DNA from: an uncultured bacterium
Lineage (GTDB): Bacteria > SAR324 > NAC60-12
Length of the DNA: 12,304 nt
Assembly: GCA_964010765.1 (NCBI GenBank)
Contig: CAXGMD010000085.1
Span: 1 to 12,304, forward strand
Direction: 5' to 3'
Shown: one piece after another, positions 6,607 to 12,304 of the stretch
Layout of the letters: each line of letters opens with the position of its first letter
Numbering within the stretch: the stretch's first letter is position 1
Translations under genes and position numbers: made by a program
The notes under the pieces: model-generated
Seen by the model: the letters and a program-made list of their open reading frames with translations, nothing else
Told to the model about the DNA's origin: nothing
Database searches by the model: none

Positions 6607-7902
6607 ATGCACGAGACTCTTCTTTTCCGTAATTCTCCGAATGTCCTTCTACTCGCCCTGCATTTACCAGAAAAATCACGTCTAGAAATTGATCATTCAC
6701 TGCAAGAACTTCAAGCGCTCTCTTACTCACTTGGTGCAGTGGTTTGTGATGCGTTAGTTCAACAAAGAGATCAACCCCACCCAGCTTTCTTCTTTGGAAA
6801 AGGGAAACTTGGTCAGATCAAAGACCTCATCCACAAGCACAGTATTTCATTTTTGATCACTGACGGTCAACTCAGTCCCAAACAAGCACAAAATTTAGAA
6901 AAATCTTTACATAAGCCGGTTTTGGATAGAACTCAATTGATCTTAGAGATCTTTGGCAGAAATGCCCGCACTAGAGAAGCTAAACTTCAAATAGAACTGG
7001 CACAATCAGAGTACTTACTTCCTCGTTTATTGGGAATGTGGAAACATTTAGACCGAGAGAGAGGGGGGATAGGTGTTTCCAGAGGAACTGGCGAAAAACA
7101 AATTGAGAAAGACAGACAAATTTTACGTCGTAAAATTGCTCATCTTAAAGAAGATCTTCAAAGAGTGGATCGTGAAAGGAACAATCAAAAAAAGCGCCGG
7201 AGTTCATGCTTGCAAGTCAGCCTTGTGGGCTACACCAACGCTGGAAAATCAACGATCATGAATGCATTGACCAATGCGGATTTGCTTGTTGAAAATAAGC
7301 TTTTTGCAACCTTGGATTCAACTACGAGATTGCTAGAAGAAGAGAGCAGGCCAAAAATTCTTCTTTCAGATACCGTTGGTTTCATCCGAAATCTGCCTCA
7401 TGAATTAGTCGCGTCCTTCCATTCCACGCTTGAAACGATCCGTGATGCTGACCTGTTACTTCATGTTGTTGATGTTGGAGCAGAACCTGAAGAACACATC
7501 AAGACCACATTAGCTGTACTTGACGAAATTCAAGCTGTCGGAATTCCAAAAATCTTAGTTTTCAACAAAACAGATCAACTCGATCTTTTGGAACAAGCTA
7601 TTTTGAGAAGAAGTTATCCTGAGGCAGTCTTTATAACCGCCGCTAAGGGAGAGGTTACAGAGCTGCAAGAGGCGATCGTCAATTTTTTTGAAAGAAGAAT
7701 GGAAACTGTTCAAGTTCTGCTTGATTATCAACACAGCCGTCGCTTAGCAGAAATTTATGAATGGAGTCGGGTCAATAAAATCGACTACCGTGAAGAAGGA
7801 ATTTTCCTAGAATTAACTTCGATCCCCAGTAATTTAAAACACCTCCGTCATCACCTCCCAGAAGCACAATTTGAGCAGATTCAACTGACGCTGCCCAATT
7901 GA
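6607..7902 (+). CDS. hflX: GTPase HflX (ribosome splitting factor)
   Basis: GKGK, LSPKQAQNLE, DRTQLILEIF, EAKLQIELAQ, LPRL, G1 GYTNAGKS, LFATLD, G3 DTVG, LPHELV, G4 NKTD. GAGG RBS overlaps the upstream stop. Confidence 0.98.
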   Translation: MHETLLFRNSPNVLLLALHLPEKSRLEIDHSLQELQALSYSLGAVVCDALVQQRDQPHPAFFFGKGKLGQIKDLIHKHSISFLITDGQLSPKQAQNLEKSLHKPVLDRTQLILEIFGRNARTREAKLQIELAQSEYLLPRLLGMWKHLDRERGGIGVSRGTGEKQIEKDRQILRRKIAHLKEDLQRVDRERNNQKKRRSSCLQVSLVGYTNAGKSTIMNALTNADLLVENKLFATLDSTTRLLEEESRPKILLSDTVGFIRNLPHELVASFHSTLETIRDADLLLHVVDVGAEPEEHIKTTLAVLDEIQAVGIPKILVFNKTDQLDLLEQAILRRSYPEAVFITAAKGEVTELQEAIVNFFERRMETVQVLLDYQHSRRLAEIYEWSRVNKIDYREEGIFLELTSIPSNLKHLRHHLPEAQFEQIQLTLPN

Positions 7903-7908
7903 ACTCAA

Positions 7909-9690
7909 TTATTCAAACTTAGGTAACTGTCGAACCCTGAGATGAAGTTCCTCAAGAGCACTTGGAGGCACTTCAGATGGCGCTTCGGTCATCAGACAAG
8001 ATGCTCGCTGAGTTTTGGGGAAAGCCACAACATCCCTGATAGAATCTGTATTCAGTAGAAACATCATCAACCTATCAAACCCTAGAGCAATTCCTCCATG
8101 AGGGGGTGCACCATAAGAAAGAGCTTGGAGCAAAAACCCAAACTTCTCTTCAATTTCTGCATCATTTAGCTCCAACCACTTAAATACCTGTTGCTGTATA
8201 TCTTGCCGATGAATCCGGATGCTACCACCACCCAGTTCAACCCCATTCAGTACTACATCATAGGCTACCGAACGTATATTCTGAGGCTCAGTCTCTCCGT
8301 ACTTCTTAAAATCCTCTAAATTGGGCATTGTGAATGGGTGATGAACCGCATGATAGCGTTTATCAGATGCTGAATATTCAAGTAGGGGAAAATCTGTTAT
8401 CCAAACAAACTTGTATGTATTTTCAGGGATCAGTTTTCTGCGTCGGGCCACTTCTTTGCGCAAATTGCCAAGTGCATCATTGACAATGTTTTTGTTGTCG
8501 GCTCCGAAAAGGATTAGATCTCCCACCTCCACATCCAATCTTTCTTCTATAGCGCGCTGATCTTCCGCAGAGAAAAATTTTGCGATTGGTGATTGCCAAC
8601 CTTCTTCATTTCTCTTAACCCAGGCCATCCCTTTGGCACCATATATTTTGACAAATTCAGTCAATTCATCGAGTTCCTTCCGAGAAAAGTCTGAGCCTCC
8701 TTTAACATTGATTGCCTTGGCGATTCCACCTCGTTCAATGGCATCTGAAAACACCTTGAGACCACATTGACCTGCAATATCACTGATATCTTTTAACTTT
8801 AAGTCAAATCGCAAATCGGGGGCATCAACTCCATAGTCCTCCATCGCTGTTTGATAGGGCATTCTTTCATAGGGAATCGAGATTTTGACATCAAGCAATG
8901 TTTCAAAGAGCGAACTCAGTAAGCCTTCAACCAAATTGTAAATATCTTCTGGTTGGATGAAGCTCATTTCCAAATCTAATTGGGTAAATTCAGGCTGGCG
9001 ATTTCCCCTGAGGTCTTCATCTCTGAAACAACGAGCAATCTGCATATATCGATCATAGCCTGAGACCATCAAGAGTTGCTTGAAAATCTGGGGAGATTGT
9101 GGAAGAGCATAGAAACTGCCAGGATGTACACGTGACGGGACCAAATAATCTCTGGCACCTTCCGGTGTTGACTTGGTCAACATTGGTGTCTCAATTTCGA
9201 AGAAACCTTGATCTGCAAGAAAATTTCTGGTCTGTTGCATTGCCTTTGACCGTAAGATCAAATTCTTTTGCATCGTTGGATGTCTCAAGTCCAGATAGCG
9301 ATACTGTAAGCGTAGGCGCTCCTCCACTTGTTCTCTTTCATCCATTACATATGGTGGAGTTTGAGATTCACTCAAAATATTGAGTTCATGAACAACAATC
9401 TCAATTTCACCAGTAGGCAGTTTTGGGTTTACGTTTCCTTCTATTCTGTTCTCAACTTTTCCTCGAACCGCAATCACAAACTCGGAGCGTATTGAGTCGG
9501 CTCTTTCATGCGCTTCTGCACTAGCTTCTTTGCGAAAAACGACCTGACACATTCCGGTATAATCTCTCAAATCAACAAAGATCACCCCTCCGTGGTCTCT
9601 TCGAGTTTGGCACCAACCCATCAAAGTCACTGTTTCTCCAAGATTTTCGGCTCGTAGGGTTCCACACAGGTTAGATCTTCTCCATTCCAT
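7909..9690 (-). CDS. aspS: Aspartate--tRNA ligase, likely the non-discriminating Asp/Asn type
   Basis: 593 aa: RRDHGGVIFVDLRD, RLQYRYLDLR, STPEGARDYLVPSR, YALPQSPQIFKQLLM, CFRDEDLR, QPEFTQLDLEMSF, GAD insertion, HHPFT, ELGGGSIRIH, GAPPHGGIALGFDR and FPKT. Confidence 0.98.
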   Translation of the reverse strand: MEWRRSNLCGTLRAENLGETVTLMGWCQTRRDHGGVIFVDLRDYTGMCQVVFRKEASAEAHERADSIRSEFVIAVRGKVENRIEGNVNPKLPTGEIEIVVHELNILSESQTPPYVMDEREQVEERLRLQYRYLDLRHPTMQKNLILRSKAMQQTRNFLADQGFFEIETPMLTKSTPEGARDYLVPSRVHPGSFYALPQSPQIFKQLLMVSGYDRYMQIARCFRDEDLRGNRQPEFTQLDLEMSFIQPEDIYNLVEGLLSSLFETLLDVKISIPYERMPYQTAMEDYGVDAPDLRFDLKLKDISDIAGQCGLKVFSDAIERGGIAKAINVKGGSDFSRKELDELTEFVKIYGAKGMAWVKRNEEGWQSPIAKFFSAEDQRAIEERLDVEVGDLILFGADNKNIVNDALGNLRKEVARRRKLIPENTYKFVWITDFPLLEYSASDKRYHAVHHPFTMPNLEDFKKYGETEPQNIRSVAYDVVLNGVELGGGSIRIHRQDIQQQVFKWLELNDAEIEEKFGFLLQALSYGAPPHGGIALGFDRLMMFLLNTDSIRDVVAFPKTQRASCLMTEAPSEVPPSALEELHLRVRQLPKFE

Positions 9691-9806
9691 AATCTTCTTT
9701 TGCTTGGATAATTTGTGAGTTGAGGATGACGAAAAGCTTAAACGCTAACACAGATGATTGAAAAATCAGTCCTGATCTTATTTTAGAGAGGTAATTTAAT
9801 AATCCC

Positions 9807-10706
9807 TCAAAGATTGATGGGCCGCGTATATTTGACGAAATAACGGTAGATGAGGAGTAGGAGTACTCCAAAGGCAATAGCTGTAATGAAAAACATCAAA
9901 TCAAAGGGCTTCTCAACTGCAAATCCAAAACGTATGAGTAGTGTTGAAATGACATATCCCGCATTTCTAAATGTAAGTTCATAACTATCTGAATACATGA
10001 AGGAAATGATCAGAATAAAGATATCAGCAAAAATAATCACTGTGAAAAGCTGTTGGTAAAAACCCGTTTCAGCTACACGTTTTCCTGTTGTGTAGTCATG
10101 CGTGATGAGGATGTTAATCCAATCGAAGAAATGAAAAATCGATAGAGCTAGAAAGATGACCGTTAAAAGCAGAGAGATAAGTTTTTTAAATTTCACAAAC
10201 TTCGCCAAGCTCTTTACTTGTTGCAACCCAATCTTGTTTCTATTGAGGTGATAGAAGATACCTACCAAAAGAAACATGATTAGCGCACCCACCATATCGA
10301 TCATCACTGGATAAAGAATATCTGGATGAGCCATATCAAAAGAATTCTCTCCGAGGTAACTCAAATCTTTGAAGACATCTCGAATTATGATCAGTGAAAT
10401 AATTTCAAATTGTTTACCTATTGCTTTGGTAATTGAATTTGGAATAGCAAGGATGAGGAGGTAAACTTCGTAATAAAGTAAAATGCTGAAAGGTGTATAG
10501 ATCGCAGAGAGATAATTTTTACTTATTAAGTCCTCCATGAATGGAATAAGTATTGGTAAATTTCTATTCCATGCAATCATTCCAAGGTGTCCCAGAAATG
10601 CTGTAACTGCTAGGAGGACACCAATTTTTTCCACTGAAACTAGGTTTTTTGTTGAGTTCAGTTTGTCGAAGAAGGATTCACTCCGATCAAATAAATCAAC
10701 TAACAT
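9807..10706 (-). CDS. Uncharacterised polytopic membrane protein with a probable internal duplication
   Basis: 299 aa, ATG start, about 8 hydrophobic segments by eye, same orientation as its neighbours. It contains AIYTPFSILLYYEV, KQFEIISLIIIRDVFKD and FRNAGYVISTLLIR segments. No function recognised. Confidence 0.85.
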   Translation of the reverse strand: MLVDLFDRSESFFDKLNSTKNLVSVEKIGVLLAVTAFLGHLGMIAWNRNLPILIPFMEDLISKNYLSAIYTPFSILLYYEVYLLILAIPNSITKAIGKQFEIISLIIIRDVFKDLSYLGENSFDMAHPDILYPVMIDMVGALIMFLLVGIFYHLNRNKIGLQQVKSLAKFVKFKKLISLLLTVIFLALSIFHFFDWINILITHDYTTGKRVAETGFYQQLFTVIIFADIFILIISFMYSDSYELTFRNAGYVISTLLIRFGFAVEKPFDLMFFITAIAFGVLLLLIYRYFVKYTRPINL

Positions 10707-10760
10707 TTTTTTAAAAGTAATTTCGATAGTGAGAGTCGTGGGCTTAGAAGTGAAGAGAAC

Positions 10761-11369
10761 TTAAAGGAAGGGTCGTATGACTTCGGAAGATATTGCGCCT
10801 TCGCGGATAATCCTAAAGTTTGGTTCAGTAGCATCTAACATAGTTGATGGCATACCACCTTTCGTCGTTCCACCGTCTAACCAAAAGTCTACTGAAGGAC
10901 CAAGTTGCCTGTAGGCTTCATCTGCTGTCTGACAACTAGGCTGCCCACTCAGATTTGCACTTGTACCGATCAAGGGTTTTTTTAGGATTCCCAACAACTC
11001 ATCAACAAATTTAGAAGGAGAATGCCGAACAGCGATCGTGTTTCCTGGTCCCCTTAGAAATTCAGGGAGATTTCTATTAGCTGGTAAGATAACAGTAAGG
11101 GCTCCTGGCCAAAATTCATCCAAAAGACAGGCTACTTTTTCTGTCACAATTGCAAAATCTAAGAGCCAGTCTCTTTTGACCAGAATCAACAGTGACTTCT
11201 CCACAGGCCTTTTTTTGCAGACAAATACCCTTTTAACAGCATCCCGATCCAAGGCATTCCCACCCAAGCCGTAGAAAGTCTCAGTTGGAAAAACCCCTAC
11301 AGCCCCCTGAAAAATCAACTTCTTCCAGTCTTCGGCTTGTTTAGGAGTTAATGGAAGTTTTGCTTTCAT
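10761..11369 (-). CDS. tsaC: L-threonylcarbamoyladenylate synthase (short YrdC/TsaC form, no Sua5 C-terminal domain)
   Basis: FPTETFYGLG, KKRP, FWPGALTVIL, TIAVR, PLIGTSANLSG, PST and REGAI. ATG at 11369 overlaps the upstream TGA (TGATG). Confidence 0.95.
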   Translation of the reverse strand: MKAKLPLTPKQAEDWKKLIFQGAVGVFPTETFYGLGGNALDRDAVKRVFVCKKRPVEKSLLILVKRDWLLDFAIVTEKVACLLDEFWPGALTVILPANRNLPEFLRGPGNTIAVRHSPSKFVDELLGILKKPLIGTSANLSGQPSCQTADEAYRQLGPSVDFWLDGGTTKGGMPSTMLDATEPNFRIIREGAISSEVIRPFL

Positions 11370-12304
11370 CAAGGGCGCAACATTGTCTCCTGGTTCTCAT
11401 TCAATGCAAAAGCTTGTTGAATTTGACCATTCACTCTCAGGGAATAAGTCCCAATGGGCAACTCAAGTTGAGCAATCATGTCTTTACCTGTAGTGTAAGA
11501 TCGCCAATTTTCACCGCTCCTACGAAGTTCAAAAGCAACTTCTCCTGCATTACGCCATGTAGCTAGTCGATCCAACTGAAGAAAGAGCCCCCCTGTGATT
11601 GGTGCTTTTGAAACCTTTTCAACTGGCAGAGGAGGTCTTACGTCGGGATATGGTTCGGCACCACTCAAGACACGTTCAATCTCAACGAGCATTCTTCTTC
11701 GGAACTCAGACATTGGCAAGTTCCTGAAATCTCTAACATCAACTAATCTGGCCAGACTCCGAACTTTTTCTGAAAATTCTCCTGGAGGTCTTATCGAGTA
11801 AAGATCTTGGGGAACTTCGATCTTTTCTTGCTCGGAACTACAATTTTTTAAGTTTATTTCCAATCTTCCTCCTTGTCTTCTGAAAGAAGGATCAAGTATT
11901 TGGTCTATCCAAAAACTGAAATTCCTCTCAACCTCAATGAGCTCATCATAATCATACTTATCAGAATACCACTTGGCATTTTTGCCAATCATAAGGCCTA
12001 GCATCAAGAAGGAGAGATCGTTATCAGTTGCAGCAACTTTTACGAGAGCATGCCAAGCAGCTTTGTCATCCGGAGTTAATTGAATTGATTCCACAGCTAG
12101 GCGATAAAGATCATCTTTATCCTGACAACTTTGATTTCTCTTGAGCAGATCATTCAGCATCAATTGGTGATCCCCGCTAAAATCCTTTGGGTCCTCAACA
12201 TACTTCGCCAGATATGTTTTTCGCTCATTTACATTTAAATCATTACCATAATCAGAGCCTCTAGCATCAACGGAATCTCCACCTGTTTCAGTATTGATTT
12301 TAAC
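11369..12304 (-). CDS. Hypothetical protein, C-terminal part (5' end probably beyond the window edge)
   Basis: The ORF-track frame (11369..12163) stays open to the window edge, adding VKINTETGGDSVDARGSDYGNDLNVNERKTYLAKYVEDPKDFSGDHQ upstream, so it is at least 311 codons. The stop is coupled to the tsaC start. No family recognised. Confidence 0.8.
   Translation of the reverse strand, partial: VKINTETGGDSVDARGSDYGNDLNVNERKTYLAKYVEDPKDFSGDHQLMLNDLLKRNQSCQDKDDLYRLAVESIQLTPDDKAAWHALVKVAATDNDLSFLMLGLMIGKNAKWYSDKYDYDELIEVERNFSFWIDQILDPSFRRQGGRLEINLKNCSSEQEKIEVPQDLYSIRPPGEFSEKVRSLARLVDVRDFRNLPMSEFRRRMLVEIERVLSGAEPYPDVRPPLPVEKVSKAPITGGLFLQLDRLATWRNAGEVAFELRRSGENWRSYTTGKDMIAQLELPIGTYSLRVNGQIQQAFALNENQETMLRP

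Noticed and set aside
5111..9383. ORFs 5111..5341, 7073..7261 and 9099..9383
   Set aside because: They are nested within ribF, hflX (alternative frame) and aspS, with no supporting evidence.
9671..9877. 68 aa minus-strand ORF spanning the gap between the membrane protein gene and aspS, as a possible leader peptide
   Set aside because: It overlaps both neighbours, has no clear RBS and no Asp/Asn codon run. No T-box or terminator/antiterminator structure is visible in 9691-9806.
9807..10706. Membrane protein gene as a horizontally acquired island
   Set aside because: Slightly higher AT content is explained by Ile/Phe/Leu-rich coding. No flanking direct repeats, integrase or IS remnants are seen.
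10537..11801. Plus-strand ORFs 10537..10764, 11038..11274, 11351..11566 and 11595..11801
   Set aside because: They are antisense shadows of the minus-strand genes.
1..12304. CRISPR arrays, tRNA/rRNA genes, mobile elements, defence or other novel multi-gene systems
   Set aside because: The window is almost fully coding with intergenic gaps of about 120 nt or less. No repeat arrays, cloverleafs, recombinases or nuclease/ATPase modules were found by eye.

Overview
This looks like an ordinary, densely packed bacterial housekeeping region (roughly 40% GC by eye; the gene styles suggest a deltaproteobacterium-like organism, which is a guess). There are three blocks. (1) A minus-strand, tightly spaced run: ribF, stand-alone LON substrate-binding-domain protein, exported DsbA-like oxidoreductase, hldE, TIGR01212/YhcC radical SAM protein, rsfS, and murB (runs off the left edge; absent from the ORF track). 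(2) A divergent plus-strand pair: a PEMT/ICMT-like membrane methyltransferase and hflX. (3) A second minus-strand run: an unknown protein open to the right edge, tsaC, an uncharacterised polytopic membrane protein, and aspS (non-discriminating signature). I found no RNA genes, mobile elements, CRISPR arrays or tandem repeats, and I cannot support a claim of a novel multi-gene system. The most notable details are an HldE whose adenylyltransferase domain has lost several catalytic motifs, a membrane protein with an internal duplication of a PsiE-like module, a PEMT-like methyltransferase ahead of hflX, and an unrecognised protein translationally coupled to tsaC.
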